This document shows positions 8,994-19,307 of a DNA stretch of 64,000 nt, one piece after another. The first letter of the stretch is position 1. The number at the start of each line of letters is the position of its first letter. Origin of the DNA: an uncultured Chloroflexia bacterium (GTDB lineage Bacteria > Chloroflexota > Anaerolineae > CG2-30-64-16); NCBI GenBank assembly GCA_963810095.1, contig CAWEMM010000006.1, forward strand, positions 576,001 through 640,000, given 5' to 3'. Position numbers and translations under genes: made by a program. Below the pieces are notes generated by a model that had not been told where the DNA came from, did not search any database, and saw only the letters and a program-made list of their open reading frames with translations.

Positions 8994-9629
8994 TTACTTG
9001 GTCTGCGCAGGATTTTGTTGTCGCGACTCATCCTTGCGGCTGCCAGAGCGCAGGTAGAACATGGCCCCCAAGACGGCAACCACTGCGACAAACGGGATCC
9101 CGACGAGGATAACGGTGCTGATGGAACGCTGGGGCGACACCGTCTGCAGGAACTTCACTTCGCTGCGGCCCAGCGCGCCGCTTACCCGCACCACGCCGCT
9201 ATAGGCGCCTTCCTGGGCGACCGGAACGTGGGCCGCGTAGTCGATCTCATTCCCGGCGTTCTGGTGAGTGGCCGGCTGATTAAGCACAACTGCCCCGTCC
9301 GCACTGGTCAGTTCCACGTCCACCTGCGCATCGCGCACCTTCGCCCCCGACTGCGGGTCAGACACACGGACGACAAAGGTGACCGTGCCGGTCGTGGCCG
9401 GATTGGGCGACGATGTGATGAGCAGGCGATAGGGACCGACCACCTCGTCCCCGGTGATCAAGCGGGAGCCGCCGCCCGGCCCGAGGTTTTCGGCCGCCGC
9501 AGCCCCGGCGGTCAGCATCACCAGGATCAAGACCATGCAGCCCACCAGGAGCCAGCGAAGGGCACCGCCGGCGCGCCAGTGCGCCTCGTGCCCTTGATCT
9601 CCGCCTTGAACTGGATGTCTGAGCGTCAT
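8994..9629 (-). CDS. Exported YtkA/FixH-like domain protein with C-terminal TM anchor
   Basis: Signal peptide (AAAAE); beta-rich core GPYRLLITSSPNPATTG..VRVSD..DAQVDVEL; C-terminal hydrophobic helix plus basic tail. Confidence 0.6.
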   Translation of the reverse strand: MTLRHPVQGGDQGHEAHWRAGGALRWLLVGCMVLILVMLTAGAAAAENLGPGGGSRLITGDEVVGPYRLLITSSPNPATTGTVTFVVRVSDPQSGAKVRDAQVDVELTSADGAVVLNQPATHQNAGNEIDYAAHVPVAQEGAYSGVVRVSGALGRSEVKFLQTVSPQRSISTVILVGIPFVAVVAVLGAMFYLRSGSRKDESRQQNPAQTK

Positions 9630-9656
9630 GTCACTTCACCCCGTAACCACTGAGAT

Positions 9657-9688
9657 AGACCTTCGGGGTTTGGCAAACCCAAAGGTCT
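9657..9688. repeat. Short REP-like palindrome
   Basis: AGACCTTCGGGGTTTGGCAAACCCAAAGGTCT; related hairpin at 46430-46460. Confidence 0.55.
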
Positions 9689-9718
9689 GTCGCTCCCAAG
9701 CACATCTCGCCGGCCGCC

Positions 9719-11282
9719 TTAGTTGGGCGCCACCATCATCAGCGTCCCGCGCATCTCCATCGGCTGCAGCATGATCCAGATGCCGAAGCCTAACATCAGC
9801 AGCACGACGACGATCCAGGGCAAGGCCGCGGCGAGGGCCTGGCCGGGGGTCGTGCGAGCGCGTGCCGGATCGTTTGTCGCAATCTGCACGGCCGTGATCA
9901 GCGAAACTGTGGCGCCGAGATACAGCAGCGCGGCCTCGATCGGAAACAGCCAGGGCTGGGGGACTAACGGGCCCAGGTCCCAACGCACTTGCCCCCCAAA
10001 CAGCCCGACGTCGGCCAGGAACGACTGCAGCACGGGCACGATGGTCAGCCCGCCCGTAAGGAAGTGGAACCCGTAATGGGCGAGCCACATGCCGAAACCC
10101 ATGGGCGCCAGCGTCCAGACGTAGCGCCGGACCACCGTGTCGAGCCGGGCGCCGGCAAGCTGCGTCCGCGTAAGCCATCCGGCGGCGCCGAGCAAAATGG
10201 CAGGCAAGATAACCAGGCCGAGCACAAAGATCAGCGCCAGTCCGGGGCCCCGCGAACTGGTGTTGAGCGCCCGGGCCAGCGCGGCCTGCAGGCCATAGAC
10301 CGGCTTGATCATGTTGAACGCGTTGAGGAACGCGCCAAAGGTGAACACGATGGCGAGCGCAGCCAGGTCCCAGCGCTGCGAGAAACGGCCGATCCCCGAG
10401 CGCCACGGGTCGGTCCACGAGCTCCTTCGACGGCGTGCGCCCAATTATGCCGATGTTGTCGCACGGGCAGGCGTGGATGCAGTCCAGGCAGAACGTGCAG
10501 TCCATGTTGCCCACCTTGCGCTGCTGAAAGAGGTTGAGCTCGCAGCCGCGCGCGGCGCCGAACCCCGCCTCCCGCCGTGTGGACACGGGGAGCGCACCGG
10601 CTTGCCAACCGGGCGCGGCGGATAAGGGCGTGAGGTCAAGCTGCACGTTGGAAGCAGCGTGCCGCCCCGCCGTGATGCAGTCCTTCGTGCGGCACCCCTC
10701 GCACACCCCTGGCTCGCGGACGGCGATTTCGAGCGGCGAGAAGAGCGAACCGAAGAAGTTAAACTGGCCCAGCGGGCAGATGTGTTTGCAGAACGCGGCG
10801 CCCTGGAACACCGTGTCGACGGCGAACGCCGTTGCGAAATAAGCCAGCGCGACCCACGCCGTCCACCACGGCGTCGACCACAGGGCGAAGATCTCGTAGG
10901 CGAAGAAAAAGAGCACCACGAGCCCGACCGCGAGCCATTTGTTCCGCAGCCAGCCGGGCACGGTGCGGCCGCCCCCCAGCCAGTGCTCGCGCACCCATCG
11001 CCCGCCGCGCCTCGTCAGCATGAAGGGACATGCCATGCAGAAGAGATTGCCGGCCACCAACAACGCCAGGACGACGAGCCCCCGGTAATGGAGCCACGCG
11101 CCCACCGTAGCCAGGTTCTTGGGCGCGAGCTGCGGGCCCACCAGGCCGTCGAAAATCATCCAGCCGGCGAGCAGGAGGACGGGGACCTGCATCGCCAGGC
11201 GCGCGTGCCGCCACTTGAGGAAGCGGCCGACGACCGGCCAGGTCAGAACGTCGACGCGTCGAGACCGAGCAATCGGAACCAT
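9719..11282 (-). CDS. Polytopic membrane 4Fe-4S protein (NapH/CcoG-like), apparent frameshift near 10430
   Basis: NLFCMACP, FCKHICPLG, CEGCRTKDC, CTFCLDCIHACP in ORF 9636..11282; TM-rich continuation in ORF 9719..10444. Confidence 0.8.
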
Positions 11283-11293
11283 AACAGGTGTTT

Positions 11294-11365
11294 ACCACAA
11301 AGACACGACGACACGACGGTCGGACAGGCAGCTCCTGGCGCTCCCTGTGTCACGGTGTCCCTGGG
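11294..11365. repeat. ACCACAAAGACAC-type palindromic intergenic repeat, copy 1
   Basis: ACCACAAAGACACGACGACACG...CTGTGTCACGGTGTCCCTGGG; related copies at 26186, 27079, 36702 (half) and 60144. Confidence 0.7.
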
Positions 11366-11373
11366 CTTCCTTT

Positions 11374-11847
11374 CTACTTTACGTCAACCGGAAACTGCCG
11401 CTTCACGACGTCGCCATTAGGCAGCGTGATCTTCACGTCCACATACCAGGCGCCGCCCATGGACCAGTTAAGCGGCAGGCGATACTCTCCGTCCGCGCCG
11501 TTTGCCGACGTGGCGCGCTCGGGCGTCATGCCCGCATGGGCCATATTCGCTTCAATCGACACCTGGCTCGCTGCAACGCCCCGGCCCTGCTGGTCCTTAA
11601 TCGTGACAATGATGACCCCCGCGCCTTGGTTGGGCGAGGCGGGCTCGGTGGCGAAGGTCACCTGGTAGTCGTCTTTCGTCTCCGTCACCGCAGACTGGCT
11701 CCGCCCGCAGCCGGCCGCGACCACCAGGAGCAAGGATAGCGCGGCCAGCAACAAGAACGCCCTGCGCGGGCTGCACAGGGCGTTGCGGGTCGGCCGGAGA
11801 ACTGCGCCTGGGGCACCCGTGCCTTCCCAGAACATGCCGTACCTCAC
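11374..11847 (-). CDS. YtkA/FixH-family lipoprotein
   Basis: Lipobox AAGC; IEANMAHAGMTP; GEYRLPLNWSMGGAWYVDV. Confidence 0.8.
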   Translation of the reverse strand: MRYGMFWEGTGAPGAVLRPTRNALCSPRRAFLLLAALSLLLVVAAGCGRSQSAVTETKDDYQVTFATEPASPNQGAGVIIVTIKDQQGRGVAASQVSIEANMAHAGMTPERATSANGADGEYRLPLNWSMGGAWYVDVKITLPNGDVVKRQFPVDVK

Positions 11848-11848
11848 C

Positions 11849-12172
11849 TCAGTTTAGCAGCGTCACGATGACGAACGGAATCACCAGCACGAACGGAATG
11901 AAGAAGATGAAGCTGAACCACTTGCTGTCGTACTTCAGGTGCATGAAGTACAGCAGGACCAGCGCAATCTTCAGAAACGACATCCCAAGAATAAAGGGCG
12001 CATGCGGAATCCCCCGGATATAGACGATGCCGACCTCGAAGACGGTCAGGAGCAGCAGGGCCAGGAACACCAGCAGGTACCGCGGGTGGTGCTGGTGCTC
12101 GGTATCTGTCGGCTCGTTCGGCTCGGCCGCGTAGCTGACGTGGGGCGAGTGTTCGTGTTCTAGTTCGCTCAT
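11849..12172 (-). CDS. ctaF: Cytochrome c oxidase subunit IV
   Basis: YLLVFLALLLLTVFEV...KIALVLLYFMHLKYD. Confidence 0.88.
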   Translation of the reverse strand: MSELEHEHSPHVSYAAEPNEPTDTEHQHHPRYLLVFLALLLLTVFEVGIVYIRGIPHAPFILGMSFLKIALVLLYFMHLKYDSKWFSFIFFIPFVLVIPFVIVTLLN

Positions 12173-12182
12173 GTCGTCCGCC

Positions 12183-12767
12183 TTATAGCAGGTAGATCAA
12201 CGGGAACAGCAGGATCCAGACGATGTCGACGTAGTGCCAGTACAGGCCGAAGATCTCGATCCGCATGTAGTTGTGCGCCGAGAACCGGCCCTGGAAGGTC
12301 TGGCGGATGAGCCAGGCGCACCAGCACAAGCCGATGAACACATGGAAGCCGTGAAAACCGGTGACCGTGTAGAAGCCAGACCCGAACAGGCTGCCGGAAG
12401 GCGTGAAGCCCTCGCCGATCAGGTGGATGTATTCATAGACCTGCACGCCAAGGAAGGTGGACCCCAGGGCAAGTGTGGCGAAAAGGAAGATCTTCGTCTT
12501 GCGGCGGTCGCCGTTCATGATCGCCTGCAGCGCCAGGACCAGGGTCGTGCTGGAGATGATCAGGATGAACGTATTGACTGCGGTCAGCGGGATGTTCAAG
12601 ATGTCGTTGGCGGTTTCGGGGCTGCGCGCCTTCATCTGGAGCATCGCGGCGATCAGCCCCGAGAACAACATGACCTCAGTCACCAGGAAGAGCCACATGC
12701 CCAGCTTGCGGTTGTCGATCCCCGTGCTGGTATTGGTGGCGTCAACAGTCATCGTTGAATGGCTCAT
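12183..12767 (-). CDS. ctaE: Cytochrome c oxidase subunit III
   Basis: LGMWLFLVTEVMLF, TGFHGFHV, GLYWHYVDIVW. Confidence 0.95.
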   Translation of the reverse strand: MSHSTMTVDATNTSTGIDNRKLGMWLFLVTEVMLFSGLIAAMLQMKARSPETANDILNIPLTAVNTFILIISSTTLVLALQAIMNGDRRKTKIFLFATLALGSTFLGVQVYEYIHLIGEGFTPSGSLFGSGFYTVTGFHGFHVFIGLCWCAWLIRQTFQGRFSAHNYMRIEIFGLYWHYVDIVWILLFPLIYLL

Positions 12768-12775
12768 GGCTCCTC

Positions 12776-14416
12776 CTAAGCCTCGACCGGCGCAGGGATC
12801 GGTTGTTCGCCGTACCCATACGGATCGTCGAATACCTCGGGCTCATTTTCGAAGTTATGGATGGGCGGCGGGGACGAGACCGTCCACTCCAGCCCCAGGG
12901 CCCGCCACGGATTCGGGCCCGCCACCGCGCCCCGCTTCAGGCTGACCAGCGCGTTGTACAGGAAGGGCAGCGTACTCAGGCCGAGGATGATCGCGCCCAC
13001 CGTCGAGAGCATGTTGCCGCTCTTGAAGGCGGGGTCGTAGTCGGCCACCCGCCGCGGCATCCCGTCGAGCCCGATGACATGCTGGGGCAGGAATGCCATG
13101 TTGAAGCCGATGAAGGTGAGCCAGAAATGCAGCTGACCCAGCCGCTCGTTCAGCATCCGGCCAGTAATCTTCGGGTACCAGTAATACAGGCCCGAGTAGA
13201 GCGCCATCACACTTCCGCCAAAGAGCACGTAATGGAGGTGTGCGACGACGAAGTACGTGTCCTGCACATGGATGTCGATGGGCACGGAGGCCAGGAAGAT
13301 GCCGCTCAGCCCGCCGATCACAAACAGCGAAATGAACGCCAGCGCGAACATCATGGAGGTCGTAAAGCGCAGCTTGCCGCCCCAGATCGTCGCCAGCCAG
13401 GAGAAGATCTTCACGCCGGTCGGCACGGCAATGATCATGGAGGTGATCATGAAGGGCACCCGCAGCCACGGGTCCATGCCCGAGGTGAACATGTGATGTG
13501 CCCAGACCAGGAAGCCGAAGATGCCGATCGCCAGGCTGGAGAAAGCGATCAGCTTATAGCCGAAGATGGGCTTCCGGCTGAACACCGGCAGCACCTCTGA
13601 GATGATGCCGAAGCCGGGCAGGATCATGATGTAGACCGCGGGGTGCGAGTAGAACCAGAACAGGTTCTGCCACATCAGCGGATCGCCGCCGGCCGAGGCA
13701 GTAAAGAACAGGGTGCCGAGCACCCGGCTGAAGATCAGCATGAACAAGGCCGCGGAGAGGATCGGCGTGCCCATGAGGATGATGATCGACGTGGAGACGA
13801 CCGCCCAGGCCATCAGCGGCAGGCGCATGAGCGTCATGCCCTTGCAGCGCATATTGAAGATGGTGACCAGGAAGTTGATCGCGCTGAACATCGACGAGAA
13901 GCCGATGAACTGGAGCGCAAGCGCCCACAGCGTCTGCCCGTTGGGGGTAGTCAGGCTCAGCGGCGCGTAGGCGGTCCAGCCGCTCTCGGCCCCGCCCACC
14001 CAGAACGCGGCCAGCATCAGAAGCGCGCCCGGGATGTTCAGCCAGAACGACAGCGCGTTGAGCCGCGGGAAGGCCATGTCGCGCTGGCCCAATTGCAGCG
14101 GGATGATGAAGTTAGCGGCGCCGACAAAGGCAGGGATGATCCAGAAGAAGATCATGAACGTGCCATGCAGCGTGAAGAGCTGGTTGTAGCCGCTGCCGCT
14201 GACGAACTGCGTGCCGGGCGAGGCCAGCTCCAGCCGGATCAGCTCGGCCAGCAAGCCGCCCACCATGAAGAAAATAAAGGCAAACGCAATGTACTGGATG
14301 CCGATTACTTTGTGATCGGTATTGAAGGTGAAGTAATCCTGCCACTTCACCGCGCCGTGGCGCACGAAGCCGCGCCGATCCGCCGGCAGTTCGGGGGCTA
14401 CATCAATCGCTCCCAT
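12776..14416 (-). CDS. ctaD: Cytochrome c oxidase subunit I, A2 subtype
   Basis: TDHKVIGIQY, LHGTFMIF, FWFYSHPAVYIM (YS motif of A2), VWAHHMF, FVVAHLHYV. Confidence 0.97.
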   Translation of the reverse strand: MGAIDVAPELPADRRGFVRHGAVKWQDYFTFNTDHKVIGIQYIAFAFIFFMVGGLLAELIRLELASPGTQFVSGSGYNQLFTLHGTFMIFFWIIPAFVGAANFIIPLQLGQRDMAFPRLNALSFWLNIPGALLMLAAFWVGGAESGWTAYAPLSLTTPNGQTLWALALQFIGFSSMFSAINFLVTIFNMRCKGMTLMRLPLMAWAVVSTSIIILMGTPILSAALFMLIFSRVLGTLFFTASAGGDPLMWQNLFWFYSHPAVYIMILPGFGIISEVLPVFSRKPIFGYKLIAFSSLAIGIFGFLVWAHHMFTSGMDPWLRVPFMITSMIIAVPTGVKIFSWLATIWGGKLRFTTSMMFALAFISLFVIGGLSGIFLASVPIDIHVQDTYFVVAHLHYVLFGGSVMALYSGLYYWYPKITGRMLNERLGQLHFWLTFIGFNMAFLPQHVIGLDGMPRRVADYDPAFKSGNMLSTVGAIILGLSTLPFLYNALVSLKRGAVAGPNPWRALGLEWTVSSPPPIHNFENEPEVFDDPYGYGEQPIPAPVEA

Positions 14417-14428
14417 CGTCGCTTCACC

Positions 14429-15505
14429 TCACTTCATCTGTGCGAGATAGTTGACGAGTGCATCGAGATCCGGCTGAGCGAGGCGCTGCCCGTAATCCTG
14501 GGGCATCACATTGGCCGGGAAATTGGGAACCACGTAGGCGTTCGGCTTGACGATCGACTCGTGAATGTACTCCTCCACGGATCTGCCCGCTTCCCGCGTC
14601 CCTGCGACGGAGGCGATGCCGTCCAGCTTTGGGCCGATCGCGCCGGCAGCCCCGGCGTCCTGAAGTGCATGGCAAGCATTGCACCCGCTGGCGTTGAAGA
14701 CCTGGCGTCCGCGCGTGAGCGGATCGGCAGGATTGGCCGCAGCCTGCGCGGCAGCCTTCTGCTGACCGGCCAGCCAGGCGCGGAAGTCGGCGTCCGATTG
14801 TACAACTACTTGTGAACGCATCACCGCGTGACCCGCGCCGCACAGCTCCGTACAGACGATCGGGAAGGAGCCGGTCTCCGTCGCAGTGATACGGGTTTCC
14901 GTGACCCGATCGGGCATCACGTCCTTCTTGATACGCATTTCGGGCACCCAGAAGGCGTGGATCACGTCGTTCGACCGCATCTTGAGTTCGATCTGGCGGT
15001 CGACCGGAATGTGCAGCTCGGTGGATGTGACGTCGGCTTCGGGGTAATAGAACTGCCAGGCAAACTGGAAAGCTTTGACCTCGACGGGCATTGCGTCGGG
15101 CGCGCGCTGGTCGAGAACCCCCAAGGTGCGGTAGCTGACAAAGCCGATAAAGAAGATGGTCAGTGCCGGGATCAGGGTCCAGAAGAACTCGAGTTTGTTG
15201 TTGCCGCGGATGGCCGGGCCATCCGTGTCGTCACCCGGCTGGCGCCCGAAGCGCACGATGGCGTAGAGCAAGGACAACTCGACGATCACGAACACGACGG
15301 TGGCGATGCCCAGAGTCAAGCCAAACAGCTGGTCGATCGCCGTCCCCTGTTTCGACGCCGCGTTGTTGAGGAGGGGATTGTTGATGCCGACCACAAGCCC
15401 GGCAACGACGGCCAGGATGCCAATGACGATAGCGACGAGGCGGCTCGTGGTGTCAAACATCACCGGCTGGCGGCCGGACGCATCGGGACGGGCTGCATGA
15501 GACAT
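14429..15505 (-). CDS. ctaC: Cytochrome c oxidase subunit II fused to cytochrome c (caa3 type)
   Basis: CuA motif DVIHAFW...CTELCGAGHAVM; C-terminal CNACH...NVMP. Confidence 0.96.
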   Translation of the reverse strand: MSHAARPDASGRQPVMFDTTSRLVAIVIGILAVVAGLVVGINNPLLNNAASKQGTAIDQLFGLTLGIATVVFVIVELSLLYAIVRFGRQPGDDTDGPAIRGNNKLEFFWTLIPALTIFFIGFVSYRTLGVLDQRAPDAMPVEVKAFQFAWQFYYPEADVTSTELHIPVDRQIELKMRSNDVIHAFWVPEMRIKKDVMPDRVTETRITATETGSFPIVCTELCGAGHAVMRSQVVVQSDADFRAWLAGQQKAAAQAAANPADPLTRGRQVFNASGCNACHALQDAGAAGAIGPKLDGIASVAGTREAGRSVEEYIHESIVKPNAYVVPNFPANVMPQDYGQRLAQPDLDALVNYLAQMK

Positions 15506-15594
15506 GGCGCGCCTTCTCCAGAAGAACAGTTACCTGACGAGTCGACAGCGGTGCACCGAAAGAACAAGGGCCAGTAAGTGAACCTTAAGCCTGG

Positions 15595-15693
15595 GTGAAT
15601 AGCAACACTAAGTGAAAAGTAACACTCTGGAAAGACGTGGTGCAGTGATGCACGACACTATTAACTCTACCGCCTTATGACGCGGCTTGTCAA
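15595..15693 (-). promoter_or_regulatory. Putative cox promoter and three repeated operator-like sites
   Basis: Minus strand TTGACA (15693-15688), 18 nt, TAGAGT; three GTGA-N6-ACACT copies on the plus strand at 15595, 15612 and 15645. Confidence 0.5.
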
Positions 15694-15770
15694 GTGCTTG
15701 TCGCGCCTTGGGACGCGTTTCGGTTACCGGGTGGAAGCACGCTTCCGCCGCCGTGCAGCGTGAAACCCGG

Positions 15771-16556
15771 TCAGACGCGTGGCGGGCGGCCAGCGGGCTT
15801 GCCGGGTCGCGTGCGCTGGTGGTAATACGCAGCGTAGCCTCCGACGGCGATGACCGCAAACGCAAACCATTGGATCGCGTAGAAAAGGTGCGAGCCTTCA
15901 TCCAGGCTGATATCGGGCTGCGGCTTGGGGAAGAAACGCGGGGTCTGGCCCGGAGGCACCTCCTCCTCCAGGTAGACAGCCAACAAGGCGTATGGCAACT
16001 GCTGCCGGATCTTGGGCAAGTCGACCCGGTGCCAAGCATCGACCCGGTTATCGAGCGTAGGCAGTGGGTCGACCGGCGAAATGGAGCCCCGCCGCGTCTC
16101 GCTCTGGCGCAAGACGCCCGTCACCTCGACCTCGCCCGACGCGTTGTGGTACTCGGCACGCTGGGCGGGCGCAGCCGCATCGTACGGGATCCAGCCGCGG
16201 TCCACGAGAATGGCGACGGGCGCGCCTCGCCCGTCGTCACTGCCGGTGATGCGGAGCGGGACGAGCACGTGAACCCCGGGGAGCTCGTTCCAGGTGCGGT
16301 TCCGCAGCACGATCTCCCGATCGTAGTCGTACACGCCGCGCACGGTCGCCCGCCGCAGGTCCGCATCGACAGGGTCGAGGATCTCGCCCGTAACATTGAG
16401 TGCGGGCTGCTCCAGGCGGGCCAGGATGTGAGCGTTGGCTGCCAGCCGCTGGCTACGCCGCTGAAGCTGCCAGCCGCAGAGCACGAGGAACAGAATCGCG
16501 GCCAGCGCGACAAGGATGGTGCTGATGAGCCAGCGGCCCCGAAAAGGCGAGGTCAC
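15771..16556 (-). CDS. SURF1-family oxidase biogenesis protein
   Basis: LCGWQLQR, GVHVLVPL, ILVDRGWIP, HLFYAIQWFAFA. Confidence 0.93.
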   Translation of the reverse strand: MTSPFRGRWLISTILVALAAILFLVLCGWQLQRRSQRLAANAHILARLEQPALNVTGEILDPVDADLRRATVRGVYDYDREIVLRNRTWNELPGVHVLVPLRITGSDDGRGAPVAILVDRGWIPYDAAAPAQRAEYHNASGEVEVTGVLRQSETRRGSISPVDPLPTLDNRVDAWHRVDLPKIRQQLPYALLAVYLEEEVPPGQTPRFFPKPQPDISLDEGSHLFYAIQWFAFAVIAVGGYAAYYHQRTRPGKPAGRPPRV

Positions 16557-17161
16557 GGTTGGGGAACCTGCGGCGCGGCCAGCCGGCCGTCGAGCCCCAG
16601 GTCGCCGGCGACCAGCTTCATCCCCTCCAGTACGATCCGGACGTGCTCCCAGAGGTCCAGGCCAAGCTCGGCCGCCCCCTGCTCGATGTCGGCCCGGTTA
16701 ACCGCCGCCGCGAAGAGCTTGTCCTTCCACTTCTTCTTGACGGAGCTCACCTCCACGTCGCGGAGGTCCTTGCTCGGCCGCACGTACGCCACGGCCATGA
16801 TCAGCCCGGTGAGTTCGTCGCTGGCATACAGGGCGGAGGCGAGCCGAGTGCGCCGGGGGACGCCAAGGTACGGCGCATGGCCGGCCACCGCCTCGATCAT
16901 CGCCTCGGGATATCCCCACTCGCGAAACATGCGGAGCGCGGTCCGGGGATGGCCGTTGACCTGGTCGTCCATGTCGGGGAAACGCTCGAAGTCAAGATCG
17001 TGCATCAGCGCGGTCACGCCCCAGAACGCTTCATCTTCACCGAAGTACCGTGCGTACGCCCGCACCGCAGCTTCCACTGCCAGCACGTGCTTGCGCAAGC
17101 TGTCGCTCTGAATCCACTCCTGGACGATGGCCCAGGCGCCCGCCCGATCTGGCAGACCCAT
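16553..17161 (-). CDS. HD/HDIG-domain metal-dependent phosphohydrolase
   Basis: SLRKHVLAVE, LMHDLDFE, ASDELTGLI, KKKWKDKLFAAAVNR. Confidence 0.9.
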   Translation of the reverse strand: MGLPDRAGAWAIVQEWIQSDSLRKHVLAVEAAVRAYARYFGEDEAFWGVTALMHDLDFERFPDMDDQVNGHPRTALRMFREWGYPEAMIEAVAGHAPYLGVPRRTRLASALYASDELTGLIMAVAYVRPSKDLRDVEVSSVKKKWKDKLFAAAVNRADIEQGAAELGLDLWEHVRIVLEGMKLVAGDLGLDGRLAAPQVPQP

Positions 17162-17376
17162 TTTTCCCTCGCATTCCATACACCGATGATGCGGCCCGAG
17201 CCGTCACGCTCACCTGCGCCGGCCCCAGCCGACCAATCCCCCAGATACCGTCAAATGCCCGATGGCACGTCGTGTAACAGATCATATAATAAAGGTGCGT
17301 TTGCACAAAGGGCGAACGCAATATTTCAATGATCGGGAACTGGCGAAGGACCTGAGCCAGGGGCCAAACAACCAGA

Positions 17377-19307
17377 ATGCAGACCCTGCCCGCCTCATCT
17401 CAAGCGGCCACCGCAGCGCGGCCATTGCCACGCTTTTCTACCATACGTGCGCGCGTGCTGGCCGTGGTCTTGCTCACCCTGCTGCCCGCATTTGCGCTCA
17501 TCATCTTTAACGCGGTGGACGAACGCTCCCGGGCCATGGATGTCACGCGCCAAAGTGCGCTCTCGACAGTGCGCCTGGTCGCCGCCGAGCAATCTCAGCT
17601 CATTTCCGGCACCCGACAGCTGATGCAGGTGATCGCCAGCTCCGACCAGGTGCTGAACGGCGACGCGGCCACCTGCGAGGCTTACCTCAACCGCATCTAC
17701 GAGACGGCCCAAGGCTACCGCGGCCTCAGCGTGGCCCGGCCGAACGGCGACGTCTATTGCACGGCGCCGCGCCGCCCGCTCACGCAGACGCTCAACACTG
17801 CGCACCGCTCCTACTTCCAAAAAGTCCTGGCGACGGGAAGCTTCGCAATCGGCGATTTCCAGGTCGGCCAGGTTACCGGGATACCCAACATCTCCTTCGG
17901 CTATCCCGTGCTTGACGAACAGGGCGAGATCAAAGCAGTGGTGTGGGCCGCGCTCAGCATCGAGCGTCTGAATGATCTGGCCCAGAACTGGCACCTGCCG
18001 GCGGGCACGTCGGTCGTTCTGATGGACAGCCAGGGGACCGTCGTCACCCGCTTCCCGCAGTGGCAGGATTGGGTGGGCAAACAACTGGCGACCAGTCCGC
18101 TCTTTGCACACATGCTGGCCAACACCGAAGGCACCTCGCGTCTGCCGGGGCTCGACGGTGTGGACCGCTGGTTCGCCTTTACCACAGTTGGCGCGGAGCC
18201 ACTCCAAGTTGGGACGGGCAGTAGTCCTGCCCACTCCGTGCTGTACCTGGCGGCGGGGTACTCAGACGCCGCTTTTATGCAGGACGTAAACGGCCGGCTG
18301 ATGCTGAGCCTCGCAACACTCGGCCTGCTCTCCGTTCTGAGCGTGACCATTGCATACGGAATGACCGACTGGATGATCGGGCGGCGTGCGCGACAGATCA
18401 TGACGACGACACGCGCGAGCTGCAGCGCGGCAACTGGGCCGCGCGCACGCACCTCACCTATCTAGACGGTGAGTTGGGCGAACTGGGGCATACCCTCGAC
18501 GAAATGGCTGACGACCTGCGCGAGCGCGACCTGAAGCTGCAAACCATAAACGCCGAGCTCGAAGAACGGGTCGAAGCGCGGACATTGGAACTGGCGACCG
18601 CAAATGGCCAGCTCCGCGCCTCGCAAAACGCGCTCCACCGGCTGTCACAGGACCTGCTCGACCTTTCGGAGCAGGAACGCACCCGGGTGGCCGAGGACGT
18701 CAGCGAGCGCCTGGGCCAGGGCCTGACGGGCATCAAAATGGACCTGTCGATCGCCCAGCGCCTGCTGGCCGCGCAGCGTGACGAAGAGGCGCTTGCTCAC
18801 GTCCAAGCCGCAGTGCGCACGCTCGACGGCATCGTCCAGGCTGCGAGGCAAATTGCGGCTGATCTTCGTCCGAGCGTGTTGGACGACTTTGGGCTGACTG
18901 CGGCAGTTGAGGGGCAATTGGGCGAGTTCCAACGACAGACAGGGATCGAAGTCGAGCTTGAAGCCGACGTGGACGAGCGGCGTGTGGACGGCGCCACCGG
19001 CACGGCCGCCTTCCGCGTACTGCAGGAGGGACTGACGAACGTCGTGCTGCATTCACACGCCACGTCTGTCAAGGTTCTTATGCGAACTCACAACGATGAA
19101 TTGTCGTTAATTGTGCAGGATAACGGGGAAGGGTTTGAGCCGGGCGACCTGCTCAAACCGCAGTCCCTCGGCGTGCTGAGCATGCGCGAACGCGCCATGC
19201 AGCTTGGCGGGGCGCTCAGCGTGAGGGCAGCGCCGAGCAACGGGACGACGCTGACGCTGACGCTGCCCGTTTCAGGCGGCGCAGCCTTGGGGAGCGAAAC
19301 GGAATGA
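17377..19307 (+). CDS. Membrane sensor histidine kinase (Cache, HAMP, HisKA_3-like, HATPase), apparent frameshift near 18410
   Basis: ORF 17377..18465 has TM-Cache-TM; ORF 18474..19307 has ERTRVAEDV..LGQGLT, LRPSVLDDFGL, FRVLQEGLTNV, VQDNGEGF, SLGVLSMRERA. Confidence 0.85.
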
